Origin: Lama glama | Taxonomy: Eukaryota | DNA: 64,000 nt | Assembly (NCBI GenBank): GCA_028534125.1 | Contig: CM052838.1 | Location: 54,064,001-54,128,000 of the forward strand | Direction: 5' to 3' | Shown: in pieces, positions 11,685 to 25,200 of the stretch | How the letters are laid out: each line of letters opens with the position of its first letter | How positions within the stretch are numbered: position 1 is the stretch's first letter | Notes under the pieces: generated by a model | The model's input: the letters and a program-made list of their open reading frames with translations, nothing else | What the model was told of the DNA's origin: nothing | The model's database searches: none | Translations under genes and position numbers: made by a program

Positions 11685-14600
11685 CTATGGTGCCTTTCGC
11701 CGCCTGAGTAGCATATTCTTTCAAGCCAAAAGAAGGGATACCCTTGCCCAGTGTTCTGTATCTTGTATCGCCAGGGAATTCCAATTCAGCAGTTGCAGGG
11801 ATAGGGGATTTTTTTTCTTTTCCCTTTCTGGTTGTGGGGACTCCCTAAAAGCCAAAGCAGAAAAAAAGTCAACCCTAGATAGCCCTTGAAGATACACTCT
11901 TAATGGTTCCGCCTCTTGTCCGACTACCCTGGGAGTGATTCCTTGGGCATTTACCAACACACGGGGATGCCACCTTAGCCCCACTTTTTCTGGGATCTAC
12001 ATGACTAAAGCTCCAAGATTTTAATTATGTGATAGGGACTCATCTTGGTCTATGCTGTGTGAAATTCTTACTATAAGGACTCACCCTATTCTGTAGTGAG
12101 TGCAATACGAGTTAGCTGCTATTAATTTATCAATAGATCTGCAACAGGACAACCCCTTGTTACTGCAAAATTCTCCTGCCCTAATTCTGCCAAAGGCCTG
12201 CAGCTTAGCAGCATACGTGCAGTGCCTGGTGCGTTATATAGGCTCTCAGTAAATATTTGGTGTGTGGATGTACAAATGAACAAACCAAAGAGTTCTTTTT
12301 ATTTTTTTAAGCAAAAACTAATTAATCTGGCCAACTGAGCTAAGAATATGTAGAAACAGAGTTACAACCAGAATAAATTCCTGTTTTTTTCCTGATCCAT
12401 TGTTGCAAGTGGTTGAGGTAAGATTTGAGGCATCTCTCATTTGGAATTCAGCAAGATCAGCCTTCTCATTATGTGGAGCAGTACACTGAGTAATAAGAAA
12501 TCTGGCATGGCTACAGTACTTTGCACATAGGCTATGCTCAATAAACATTTATTGAATGACTGTCTTGTTACCAAGACTTTGCAGCAATACACTTTAGAGG
12601 TTTTAGTCTGACCATCTGGCTGAGTGGGATGAGTTGTGATGATGATAGTTCAAACTGAGTTTGTGCTCACAAATTCCTAAAATTCAAGTGAGATAGATGC
12701 AGACCCTCTGTCAGGAAATATTGCAGTATCCGGAAATCTATTGCTTTCCAAATAAAAGGCACAGAGGTGGGACTGCTTTACACTGATGGCTGTAGATAGG
12801 ACCAGGAGCACTTGGGAACATATTGAAGAGGCTCCTTCAATTGAATTTTTCTCACTGGGGAACATTGACCGAAGCTTCCTGGTCATTTTTCTTGGAAAAT
12901 GAGATGCCTTTGGCCAGCAGTGCTAAGATGGCTTCCTGAGAGCCCTTCCGACGTCAGCTAATTTCTGTTCATCAGTCCTCCCTATTGCCGCCTGGGTGAC
13001 TTCTGTCTAATCCATATGAAAATACGCAGTTGGAAAACTGAAACACAGTTCAGGATTTGCCTTCTTATTCCACGGCTAACCCTTAGCCACATACGCCCTC
13101 CTGGCTGTTGGTCTCCTCTCTCCTTCATATGCCTTCACAGATTTCCCACGTGCATATTTTGTGGCAAATATCAAGAAAAGCCATTTCTTTGTTAAATACC
13201 CCTACCTTCCTCTTGTTCACCGAGAAACACACCCAAGTTGGTTTGTTTGCTGATGTTTGCTTGCCTGTTTTCCTTTTCTTTGTGGTTCAGTAGCCTTGTG
13301 GGAGTTTCCCTGAGCGCCGTCGCTAAAAGTCTGCAACTGGGAGAGAGGAGTGATGGCAAAGGGTGCTCGTTCGTGGTTCTCTCCTTTCCCAGCACCTGGT
13401 GTCCTCCTTCTTCCTTTCTGTGTCTGCCTTCAGCTCGCAGGCTTACATCTTCTTAGTTACAGTAGTGTACAGAATTGTTAGAGGAGAGAGAACTTGTGAT
13501 CCAGATTTTCTTTCATTATATTTCTTTCATAAGAAGGGGTAAGCATCTCGCAGATGAGTTCAAATGGATGGACCTGATGAAGCCCAGAGCCCAGATGATC
13601 TTGTAAGAAAAACCGCCAGTGGAAAAGACATGGGGGTGAGGTGGACGGGGATGTGGAAATCTGACCCATGAGGAGCCCAGGAGTCGGCACTTACACATTC
13701 ACGTCTTGCACCTACCGACATAATACAGCAGCATCATGTCTTCAAGACTTCTAACTCCCAGAGCCCCGCCTTTGTCATTTGTAAAGTTTAGGTAATAAGT
13801 ATTACCCTAGCCACCCCCACAGAGTAGCTATAAGGGTCAAGGGAAATTTTTCTTTTTCAAGTGAGATTTTAAAGAATTTTGTCAACTCTTAGGTGCTAAA
13901 ATGATCAGTAGAGATTGCTGTCACAGAAAGAGAGTTTAAAATTACTGTAACTTGCTAATAGCTAATGGCAGTAAGCAACTTTTACAACCAACAAGAAGAA
14001 AAATAATATGATTGAATTCTCTGACAAAGCGTAATTTCATCTTATTCAAATAGTCTTCTTCTGAGGTGATCTCAGAAAATATAGAGCTATTTACAGAGAT
14101 TAATAGGTCCTAACTTCCCTTTTATGAGGTAAATAGAGGGGAAAAGCTAAGGTTATGGAAAAATTGAGGGCCGTGGCTGTTAGCATTGGAGAAATTAATT
14201 TATATTTCTGTTTTAGAAAACATTTAGGTTCTGTGGAAAGGGGGCATGCTCCTTTTAAAAATAAACCTGTAGCCTAGATCAGAAAGCTGTCTGGGAGCCA
14301 GGCTAAAATAGGGACAAATGTAGGATTTCTTCACAATTGATCGGTTCTGATGGCATCTGCCCTGTGAGCTGCATCTCGGTCAGGAGCTGCTGGTCGTGTC
14401 CTGCCTCCACCAGCCCAGCTGGGAAGTTGGCTCCTGCCACCAAGAACCAGAGGACAGTTGCTGAAGGAGGAACAGAAGTCTGGAGGTTCCTTCTACATTT
14501 CCTCATAACTTGATCTTCTTTTTGCACTTGTCTCATTCCTTCAAATCTCATGGAATCTCTGAGTTCTGCGCCTTGGACTTTGAGCGGCCGCATGTCTGGC

Positions 14601-15191
14601 TGTCTCCTGTGACATCTCATAACTGCAAGGTGCTAGTCTGGAGAGGCAGGAAGAGCCAGGCACTAGAATCATGACAGGCCTGGGTTCACGTGCTGACTCT
14701 ACCACTTGCACTGGCAAGGAACATATTAAGTACTCAAAAAGTGTCTATTATTACTATATATATCATTTCTAAACCCACGACTGACTCTATCCGCTCTCTG
14801 TCTCACTCATGGTGTCCTTGCTCGCTTCAAATCCACCCCTTCTTGATGCTTCATCTCTGCCTCTCATCTGGCCACTGACCCCTGGGTGTCCCTGCCCTAG
14901 CTCTGACAATAACGTAAATTATAGTTTCAGCGTACGAAGATCTATGGTTGAGGGATGCAGTTAAGTAGCAAGGTAATTCCCTTCTAAATGGAAAATGACC
15001 ATCACAAGTATTTTCGTGACACAGTATTTCATTTTAGTGAGGGTTTTTTTTTTTAATTCTTTCAGGACATGTAAGAAAGGAGAAAAAAAGGAAATTGAAA
15101 TAGCAAACGAAAAATTTATGGTATTCAATTATAATGAGCAGGCAAGTTAAAGATATATCTAATTAAGGAGAAAAAAAGAGCTAAATAATTA

Positions 15192-15395
15192 TATAGCTGC
15201 CATTTATTGAATGCCACACGAGATACCAAGTACTTTACGTACATTATCTAGTTTGCTCATTGAAAAACGCTGTGAGTTATTGGCAATATCATTATTCCCT
15301 TTATACAGCTGAAGAGACGTGGCCTAGAAATGTTAGTCCCACCGCCACATGGTCTGTAAGTGGGAGAGCCAGGATTCAAACTCAGTTTTGCTTTT
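15192..15395 (-). mobile_element. MIR SINE
   Basis: tagctgccatttattgaatgcc ... gggagagccaggattcaaactcag. Confidence 0.8.
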
Positions 15396-15599
15396 GATCA
15401 TACAGTGTGCTGCTGAATCTAGAACCTGCCTGCAAGAGCCTCCTCAAAGTCTGTGTCATCCCAGAGCCACAGATGAGCCCCTGGGACGTTCCATCGTAAA
15501 TTAGAAGATTTAGGCTGAGTTGTAAGAATAAGTTATTCTTAAAGTAAAAGTGTATGGTAAGTTAAATCGACCGTTAAGGAAGAACAAAGCAAAACACCA

Positions 15600-15830
15600 A
15601 TAGCTGACACTTGTTGAACACTTGTCCTCTGCCAGGCAGCACCCTGAATGCTGTAAAAGTATCAACTGACTTTATCCTCGCCACAGCCTGATGAAGTAGG
15701 TATGGTAATTGTTGCCATTTTACGGATAAGGAAACTGAGCACAGAGAGTTAAAAAATGTGCCCAAGTTCACGCAGCAAGTGGCGGAGTTAAGAATTGAGT
15801 CCAGGTAGCACTGTATCCAGCTATACTTGT
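15600..15830 (-). mobile_element. MIR SINE
   Basis: ccattttacggataaggaaactgagcacagagagttaa...gcccaagttcac. Confidence 0.85.
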
Positions 15831-16249
15831 AACATCTCTCCTATTCTAACTGCCTACTTAATTTTACTCCTTTATTTTGATTTCTTTGAATTCTTTCATA
15901 AAATGTATTGTCTTGGGAAGCTGTAGTGGAACGTTCTCCCTCATAAGCAGCAATGACGGGCCCTTCACCACCTGTGTTTAATATCTGGATGATTCTCTGT
16001 GAGGGGTGCCAGGGAGTAAATAGTTCTCATGGAGTGGTTTTTCCACGGCTGTGCCCTGCCCAGGCTCTGGAGCACTTCACTCACCCCCTGTAACAGACTT
16101 GCCTGAAACGGACCGATTTTCTGTCTAGAGTTAGATCACTCCCTGTTACTGCATCTCAGGACCCAGCTGTCTGTCACGTCCCTCCATCTCCACATCCTTG
16201 GTCCACTCACTCCAACAGCTTGCTCCCCCAGCGAGCCCCTGAGTCCAGG

Positions 16250-17455
16250 GATGTATGGCTTATCTTACTGCCGTCCGTTAGAAGCAACACAAAATTCCTT
16301 TTTTTATCCTTTTTATTGTGTTTTAACTGACATATTTTAAACCTTCCTCTTCCCTTGAGCCATATTATTTTAGATTCTCTAGCACAGGGATTAAACCTAC
16401 CTTTTTGAACTTTTTGAAACCCGCTTTCCTAAGTACTGCTGTGCTTGGCTGGATCTACAACACTCAGGATCCCTCCTCTTGGGACCTGATTGCTTTCTTC
16501 TCCTTTGCCCTTCAAACTCTTCCACTTTGCATCCAGGAACTCACAGTGTCTTTAAACAAACCGCTATATTTTCAGCTTCAGCCTATTGGAAAGTTCTCTT
16601 TACCTTTTTGCTGTCGTTGACACCTGGCTGTTCCCTGAGAAATCCACGTCCCCTGCGGTTCCCTCAGGTAGACCTTCTGTACCTAACTCACTTACTCTAT
16701 TAACCTCTACTTCAAAAATTCTTTGATCTTCACCGGGACCTCCAATCCTTTTACCCTATGACTTTTCCAGTGGTGATCACCTCCCTCATGGTCTTAATTT
16801 TCTCCTGACCCCACTGATATTTCCTTGCGTGCACCCTGAACAACCTTGCTTCTCTCTCTTGCTCCCGTCTCCTCTCATACTTACTCTAGCCTTGATTAAA
16901 GCCAACTTGCCAAGTCCCTGTCTACACCAGTCCTGCACCCTAGCAGCAAAATGAGTCTGGCAAAAAAGAAACAAAAAAAGAAACAAAACAAAACAAAACA
17001 AATCCTGAGTTTTAACTCTATGAGCACAACTTTGACAAATCCTGTTTCCTGAGTCAGTTCATTGGTTTTCTTGCTAGTACTTGAACACACCGTTTTCACT
17101 CCTCCTTGAGGACCTTTGCCTTTAATGCTTCTCCTTGGCTTCTAGATCTTCACATGCCTTCACCCCCTCACTCACTGAGGTCATGCTTAGATTTCACCTC
17201 CCCTGAGGGGCCTTCCCGATCGCCCACTCTGACGTAGGACCCCTCATCGCTCTCGAGCACCCTTAACCTGCTCTAATGTTCTGCTCATTACTTCTTCTTC
17301 TTTGATATGATGTTACATATTTACTTGTTTTTAAAACATCTTTTCCCGTTCTGTGAGGGGAAAGATCCTATCTGCCTTGTTCAGTGCTCTATGTCTAATG
17401 CCTGGAACAGTCCTAATCAAAGTGTGTGTTTAAAGTGTCTGTCGGATGAATGAAT
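16250..17455 (+). mobile_element. L2 LINE fragments ending in the L2 3' tail
   Basis: Pyrimidine-rich L2 body; tctgccttgttcagtgctctatgtctaatgcctggaacag...gatgaatgaat; contains an (AAAAC)n run at ~16961-17002. Confidence 0.75.
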
Positions 17456-18708
17456 TGCTTTTGCCCAGTGTTTAAATTCTAAAACAGCGTGGTCACGCTC
17501 TTAAAAGTTCTTATCATTCCTCTTCACGTCTTTGTGGGTCAGAACTAGACCAGAATATCTGCTTTATTATTCTTTTAGCCTGAGAAATGAAACGGCCATC
17601 AGTTAAGTTAGGTAATACGAACAGTTTCTCCTTGCACTGAATAGAACGGGACTGCCAGGAGACATGCAGCTAGCGGTAGGTTTGGAGCCTGTGTTAGGAA
17701 AGCACCGTCCTTATCTTTTGTCTCGTTGGCTGTCTGCATTGTAGTACCACAGTTTTGTTACCTCACACCTGACCCTAGTACCTTCAATGAAGTATTCACC
17801 CTCAAGGTATGTATCCTACCCCTGGTATGTATTATCTTGCCTTACACAGGAGTCGATGTTTATCTGAAAGATAATTGATAGAAATATTCTCCCCAAAGGT
17901 TTAGTTTGTTTACAGCAGTAGTTTTTTGTTTGTTTGTTTGTTTTTTAACAGCCAAATATGACTTAATTATGCTCTGGACTCAAAAAAATGTTAAATCTTG
18001 CTACCAGTTGGAGCAGTATTTAGCAAAGTGTCCAGTAATTGCTTTTTATTTCAGCTACTTCCTCTGCCCAAGGGAATGCTCAATAAATAATAAGTGCTCA
18101 ATAAATAATAGTTGCCATCATCATTATTATTATTAAAGAAAAACCATATCAATTTGCAGTTTACCAAAAGAGAACAGGACATAGCAGGCAAAAAGAAGAG
18201 ATTGGTATCTTCTCTGCCATTCCTTTTGATGCCTTGTAAAACTTCAGTGATATTAATTAATTATCTCATCCTCCACTGCGTCTGCATTCAAAATAAGGAT
18301 GACCTCTTTCTCTGGAAGCTTCATGACGTAACAAAAACTAAGATACAGCAAGTCATTTGAGAAATAAATGTGAAGGATAAGCTATGCTTATTTACTCAGT
18401 ACTTGAGACCATTGACCTGGCCATGGAGTTAGCCCTGAGAGCACAATTTTTGCCCTTTTTCTGAAGTGAAAAATATCTATCAGAGTTGCTAACCAAGGTA
18501 GGAAAGTTAAACAGGAAAACTGCATTTCCGAAGAGCAAGTATTCTTGTGGGAAGATGAGTGATGGCAGCACGACTGCAGCTCTGCCCCATGAGAAACAGA
18601 ATTCTCCACGTCCAATAACCTTATCGAGGCCGTAACGTGTTGTGTATGGGTCTGGCCGGAGTCACTTTCTTAGCGAGCAAGGACGTTTCTTACTGGAACT
18701 ATGAATAC

Positions 18709-19074
18709 TGTGGTGGGGCTGGGATATGCCGCCCAGATCCTCCTTCAGGACGGAGCCTCTTAGTTTTACAGCTCACAGCTGAGTTGCCCTCTGCTGAAAG
18801 AGGCTGCCTCCCTCAACGTTATGCCATGTCCCCGGGGGCCGCCTGCGTCCATGCGGAGGTCCAAAGGCTCGGCCTCTTGCCTTGGTTTGGTGCAACTCTG
18901 AAGGACCCCCACTCTGGGGCAGGGAGGCGTCTCATAGGTTGACGCCTCCCTCTGTCCATCTCCGCTTCCATCACCCCACACAGATGCTCTTCCTGAGGGC
19001 ACTTCCCGGTAAACTTCATGCGTGCAAACCGTGGAATCTCAGAATCTGTTTCCTAGGAAACCTGACATACAACA
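18709..19074. mobile_element. Solo ERVL LTR (LTR16-like)
   Basis: Begins tgtggtggggctgggatatgccgcccagatcctccttcagga and ends ctcagaatctgtttcctaggaaacctgacatacaaca (TG...CA). Confidence 0.7.
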
Positions 19075-19397
19075 TACACTGTGTCTACATTCTAAGGGGC
19101 AATCATTACGACTCTTTCCAATTTTATGAAGGTCACCCATTTTATGACGATCACAAAGCTCCCATAACCGAGTGAATTTTCCCATTGCCATTTGCCGCAC
19201 TGTGTGATACGCAGCTTCTTTCTCAAAGGAGAGCAGCTTAAATGACCCCAGGAGAGAGGAAATGCCCCGCGGGATTAGTATTTGTCAGAGTTGCAGGGTC
19301 GTCTTCCCGCTCATTTCCAAAACAACAGGAAAGGATGGCAAGCAATCCACATTCCCTGGCCATTCAGGTGGGGGTCAGATTGTGACTAGGGAGACCC

Positions 19398-19814
19398 TGT
19401 GCATTCCAGGGCTGCCGTAACAAACTACCACAAACTCGGGGACTTAAAACAGCGGCAGTGTATCCTCTCACAGCTGTGGAGGCCAGAAGTCTGAAATGAA
19501 GGATTTGGCAGGGTGGTTCCTTCAGGAGGCCCCAAGGGCGAGCATGTTCCATGCCTCTCTCCTAGCTTCTAGTGGTTGCCGACAAATCTTGGCATTTCTT
19601 GGCTTGTAGATGCATGAATCCAACCTCTGCCTCTGTCTCCACCTGGAATTTTCTTCTGTGTATTGCCTTCGTGTGATCTCGTCTCTTTTTATTAAGACGC
19701 CTATGACTTTGTCTTAACTTGTTACATCTGCAAAGGCCCTGTTTTCTAATAAAGTCACATTCTGAGGTTCTGGGTAGGCATGAACTTTCAGGGGATACTA
19801 TTCAACCCACCACA
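19398..19814 (-). mobile_element. Solo MaLR LTR (MLT1B/C-like)
   Basis: agggctgccgtaacaaactaccacaaact...ggaggccagaagtctgaaat...gtcacattctgaggttctgggt...ctattcaacccaccaca. Confidence 0.9.
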
Positions 19815-21344
19815 GAGACCAGCAAACAAAATTTGCTTCCCCAAAATTTGCTTTATTTGTGCTATGAGTCTTTTAATTAACTTTTTAAAAAAATTATCAT
19901 AGTCCAGCTTTATTCCTTAGTTAATTGCTGATAATTTACATTTGGAAAGCAAGGAGAGTCCAGATGAAGTAGTTGCAAAGCCCTTCGCTGTGGAAATTGT
20001 TTTTCCATAACATACATGCCCATGACTCTTCCTGATGGGGTTGAATTCTCTTGGGACCCCCAAACTCTTTCTGAGATAGAAATCAGTCAGCTTTCAAATC
20101 TTGTTTAGGCCAGGAGAGGTGACTGATGCTAGTTTAGTCTAGTACCGTCCAGCTCATAGTTAAGAATTGTTTGTTGTTGTTTTTTAACATAATCTGATTC
20201 CAAAACAAGTTTTTATAAATTGGAAATTCCTCTTTACACATACATACCCCAATAAAACAAGTTGAGTGTGATATACACAACAGGGAATAAAATCCTTGAA
20301 CAGGTGTCAGTGACGTGGCTGCTCTCCAGAGTGTCCTACCAACATGCCGTCCAGCTTCCTTCTGGAGAGAGCGCAGTAAGACAGCTGTGTGCAGTGGGCC
20401 ACACCCAGTGGCAGAAGGCTCCTCGAGGGCTAAATCACTTAGGTAATTAGATAGGACCGAGAGGGAATGGGCAGAGCAGAATCAGTAAAACCAGAGGAAG
20501 GCTCATTACACAGACTCTGACCATTAACTTCTAGTTATACTGCAAAAAGAGCTTTGTGGTGTGGGTAGGGGGAACAGATTTGATTTCACTTCTACATACT
20601 TCATTTTTGAAAGCAAGCTCTGATGAGGTAGCTGAGTTCACATATCAAATCATTTGAGGAAAAAACCGAAAGAAATGTGAATATATTTAGTTTGGTCACA
20701 CAAAGGATTCATGTATCTCAGGTCATCTATGGGGCAGTAAGCCCATCCTGTGGGTTCCAGAGAGCCTGGGAATGACCACGATGCCTGCATGAGGACCCCA
20801 GTGTCCTGCTAAAAGCATCTTCTACCTACTATCTACTTCCCTCTCCTTTTTTTCCCTCTTAGCTCTCTTGATTATAAAATTAAGGATATTTTTATCTTGC
20901 AAACAATGGTGAGAGAACTAGTGGGCAGAGACTTCCCAGGCTGCACAGAGACACGTAAAGGCACACTTAGGAACCAGTTCGACACATGTCCATCCATAAG
21001 ATAGTTTTCTCTTTGCTGTTTAAGCAGAACAGTTTCAGGGAATCTTAATCTTTTTATGGGTTTTCTTCCCTCTGAACTTTTCACCACTTGCATGATTATC
21101 TTCTCTAAAAAACTTGGAGCTTGGTTCCAACTTTAGTGCACAGACACTGATACTACTGGTCCCATACTTAGAACCAAGTCTGAGACAATGAAAGTGCCCA
21201 GGAGGGAAAGATGCAAAAAGAGATCTCTATAAATAAACCCCCTTACTGGTCTACCATGTATCACCAAAACAAAGGGGAAGGGAAGTATTCAGGTGGAACC
21301 AGATAAAATGGCTGATAGTCAGTTGGTTTTGACTAACAAATATC

Positions 21345-21560
21345 ATATTTGCAAATGATTTGACTTAATGTAAAAATTTAAACACCTACATTTTTCTAGG
21401 CACTTTGCTAAATGCCTTTCTCAGACATTATCCTTTATAAGCCTCAGAGTAACCTTGTAAGATTGATGTGACAAACTCTCATTTCTTTATGAAGAAGCTG
21501 AGGCAAAGTTAAATAATTTGCCCAAGGTCCCCTAAGATTTGAACCCAAGTCTGCTTCACC
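21345..21560 (-). mobile_element. MIR SINE
   Basis: ggcactttgctaaatgcc...gaagctgaggcaaagttaaataatttgcccaaggtc...atttgaacccaagtctg. Confidence 0.75.
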
Positions 21561-21994
21561 TTTAGTAAAGTCACTTGGACCAGATGAAGTACTTCAGGAC
21601 TTTACAGTAAGATTGTTCTGAAACACTATCATCAAAATTCTTGAAATTAGAAAGACTCCTTCAAGTGACATAGGAGGATTGTTACAAGCTGTCAAGAGGA
21701 TGTCTGTGGTCTGTGGGACTGGAGATGTAGTCAGTGCTTTGAATGATGCTGACAGATCCCAGCACACGGATAGCAACAGGTAAAAAGATACTGGGGAGGG
21801 TGTGAAAACCCCTTGAGAAGAAGATCACTTCAATTTTTGCATTATTAATAAGTTTTACAGAAAAGCAGCCATGTTGCTCACTGGCAGCTGAGCAGTCTTT
21901 AGGGTTGCCTTTATGTAAAGAGACAAATAAGCAAAAAGCAAGCTGTTATTGATAGCTTCTTAGAAAGAAATCCGTAGGGCTGTAGCTATAATGT

Positions 21995-23172
21995 ACAAAT
22001 TCAATATTATGTTGGTTTTAGGTGTACAACATAATGGTTCAATATTTTTATAAATTGTACTCCATTTAAATGTTACAAAATAATGGCTGTATTTCCCTGT
22101 GCTACACAGTACATCCTTTTGGCTTATCTGCTTTATCCCATAGTAGTTTGTGTCTCTTAATTCCGTACCTCTATCTTGCCCTCCCCCTTCTCACTCTGTA
22201 ACCACTAGTTTGTTCTCTGTATCTGTGAGTTTGTTTCTGTTTTGTTATATACATTCGTTTTATTTTTTAGATTCTTCCTATAAGTGATCTTTCTTTCTCT
22301 GTCTGACTTATTTCCTAAGCATAATGCCCTGTAGATCCATCCATGCTGTTGCAAATGGCAGGATTTATTCTTCTCTATGGCTAACATCCTGTTGCATGTA
22401 TGTACCACCTCTTCTTTATCTATTCATCTGTTGATGGACGTTTAGGTTGCTTCCATGTCTTGGCTATTTTAAATAATCCTGCTGTGAACACTGGGGTACA
22501 TGTATCTTTTTGAATTAGCATTTTTGCTTTCTTTAGATATAGACCCAGCAGTGAAATTGCTAGATCATATGGTAGTTCTGTTTCTGTTTTTGAGCAGCCT
22601 CCATACTGTTTTCTGTAGTTGTGCCAATTTATAATCTCACCAAGAGTGTACTAGGATTCCCGTTTCTCCACATCCTGGCTGACGTTTGTTATTTGTAGAC
22701 TTTTTGATGATAGCCATTTTGATNNNNNNNNNNNNNNNNNNNNNNNNNNNNNNNNNNNNNNNNNNNNNNNNNNNNNNNNNNNNNNNNNNNNNNNNNNNNN
22801 NNNNNNNNNNNNNNNNNNNNNNNNNNNNNNNNNNNNNNNNNNNNNNNNNNNNNNNNNNNNNNNNNNNNNNNNNNNNNNNNNNNNNNNNGTTGTATTAGCT
22901 GTTTATATATTTTGTATATTAATCCTTTATCAGTCATATCATTTACAAATATTTTCTCTCGTTCAAGAGGTTGTCTTTTCATTTTGTCCATGATTTTCTT
23001 TGCTGAGCAAAAGCTTTTAAGTTTAATTAGGTCCCATTTGTTTATTTTTGCTTTTGTTTCTTCTGCCTTAGGAAACAGATCCAAAATATATATATATAGC
23101 TATGATTTATGTCAAAGAGTGTTCTGCCTATGTTCTCTTTCAGAAGATTTATGGCTTCAGGTCCTTAATTCA
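21995..23172 (-). mobile_element. 5'-truncated L1 (ORF2 C-terminus plus 3'-UTR), antisense
   Basis: ORF track 22689..23084 gives L1 ORF2p sequence (ETKAKINKWDLIKLKSFC..KRQP..EKIF.N..TDKGLI.KIYKQL); typical L1MA9/laurasiatherian 3'-UTR. Confidence 0.95.
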
Positions 23173-24296
23173 TATTATGTACATATTCATACATACATTT
23201 GCAATTCCATGTATCTTCAGCATATTATGGAAATTGGTATTCATAATGGTGATCAGGGGCATGGAGACAATGGTAAATTACCTTAGTATATTACAGTCTG
23301 GTTGAGAAGCAGAGAAATGGATATTTATTTTAAGAGATTTCACACTTACTAAAAAGAAATACCCTAAAATTGCAAAGTCTTTATAGGGTTAATGTTCAGC
23401 TTTCTGGGAAAACTCTGACATCCTGAATGACTCATCCCCTTAGAGATCTAGGTGGGTTTTACTGTATTTTAATTATATACATGTTTTTGTAACCAGTCAA
23501 TAAGCTCTTTCATTCAGAGTTTTGTCTGTGCTTCTGTTACTTATAATAAGCTGTGATTGGTATGATGATCATACCAGAAAGTCATTTATTATGCTGGATC
23601 TATTAACATTTGATTCCTCATTAAGAATATTGCCATATCTGCACTTTTTATTTTTTCTGCTGACAGCTACTTTTCACAGAGCTTCTTGATTTAGTTTTAT
23701 GATTGAAGTTTCAGAAATAAATGTTTTAATTTAACGTCCTCTTGGTGTAACAGATTTGAGCAATAGTTCAAGAAAAGAGTTCCTGATAAATAAGGTTTGT
23801 TGGTGTCTACTTGGGATGGTTTGCAGCATGTTTCAGTGAAGGTCGCTCAGAGGACCACTGTGTCCCGCAGTTGTCAGTCATGGCTGGGAAGAATGAGAAG
23901 GAGCTGATCAGGGACCTGTTTCATGGAGGATCCCAGCGTTCCTCTCTGATCTCGTCTCATTCCTGTCTATTCAGCACTTCCAAGGCTCAGTCCACAATGA
24001 ACTTACAGCAGTTCCCACACAAGCTGTGTGCCTTTATGCCTCTGGGTTCCTGCTTTCCCTTCTGCCAGAAATTTCCATCCTTCCTCATTCTCCTAGTGAA
24101 CTCCTAGTCATCTTCTGCAAGTAAAGTCTTTCCCCAGGAGAACTAATGGTACCCAAGTCCTCCCTCCACTCCCACCCTCAGGGCTCTGTGCAGGACTGTG
24201 ATCACGTTTAGCTCGGACAGAGTTGCCGTCAGCCTGATTGCCCTGAAGCTTTAGCGGGGCAGGCCCTGTGCCTGTGTAGCACTCTACCCCCAGTTG

Positions 24297-24310
24297 CCAG
24301 CAGGGGGCAC
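24297..24310 (+). promoter_or_regulatory. Candidate CTCF site (forward orientation)
   Basis: CCAGCAGGGGGCAC matches CCASYAGRKGGCRS exactly; lies at the edge of L2-like sequence. Confidence 0.5.
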
Positions 24311-24934
24311 AACACATTTAGGTTTTAAATTGACTTGCTCTATCAGCTGCATGACTAAGGTCACATTTTGCATTTATGACATAATGTGTTTTGGGGATAA
24401 TACCAAGATCTTGATTTTCTAACTTTCCTGCTGGTTTACATCTATCTGCTATAGATTGAGCTCTTTCTAACTTTTTGCCACAACATTTAGAGAGTTACCT
24501 TGTGCACAATTCAGAAAAGAACAAATACCCATTTATCCTTGAAATATTTATTGAACACCACAGCCTTCGGTGCCAGGGAAAGTGTCCTCTATGTTACACT
24601 TAATGCTCACAGTCAGATTAGACTTCTTGATAAAAGCAGAGAACAAAAACGGAGGGGGAGGGGTGGCAGATATGCTCAGTGACAGTGCTGACAGATGAGA
24701 CACATGTGGGAAATTTGGCATTGAGATCAAATTTTTCCCACCCTATAAGCCATCAGTAAAATTCTCTCTTAGAAGCTTAATTTCTTAATTAATTAATTTC
24801 AAACCATAAACAGAGCTTTCAAAAATATGGTACCTGCCTTCAAATAGTTTACTTTTGAGTTGAGCATATTCTTTAGTGGAACAGAAAGTAATTCTAAGGC
24901 AAACTGAGAACTGGGCAGAATGGCATCATTGTAA

Positions 24935-25200
24935 TAGTAGCTGACTTTTATCAACTACTGTGGTATATACATATATATACATATACACACACACACACAC
25001 ACATATGTAATATATATATATCCTTTAATCCTCTTAACAGCACTAGGAGGAAGGTATTGCTAGCTCCATTTTACAGCTGAGAAACTTGAGGCACAGAGAG
25101 GTTAAGTGACTTGATCAAGATCACACTTAGATAGACCAGAGAGCAGGGCCTTGAACCCAGGCAGTGGTTGCTAAAGGTTGTTCTCTTAACCACTACATTA
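24935..25200 (-). mobile_element. MIR SINE with an internal (TA)n/(CA)n microsatellite (~24964-25021)
   Basis: ccattttacagctgagaaacttgaggcacagagaggttaagtgacttgatcaagatcacac. Confidence 0.9.

Noticed and set aside
18077-18110. 18-bp tandem duplication tgctcaataaataata (similar small one at ~55013-55037)
   Set aside because: Ordinary slippage, here in a MIR/L2-type tail; no functional signal.
21991-23189. Putative TSD atgtaca(a/t)attca around the 22-23 kb L1
   Set aside because: One mismatch, overlaps the L1 3' end and no poly(A) remains, so chance cannot be excluded.
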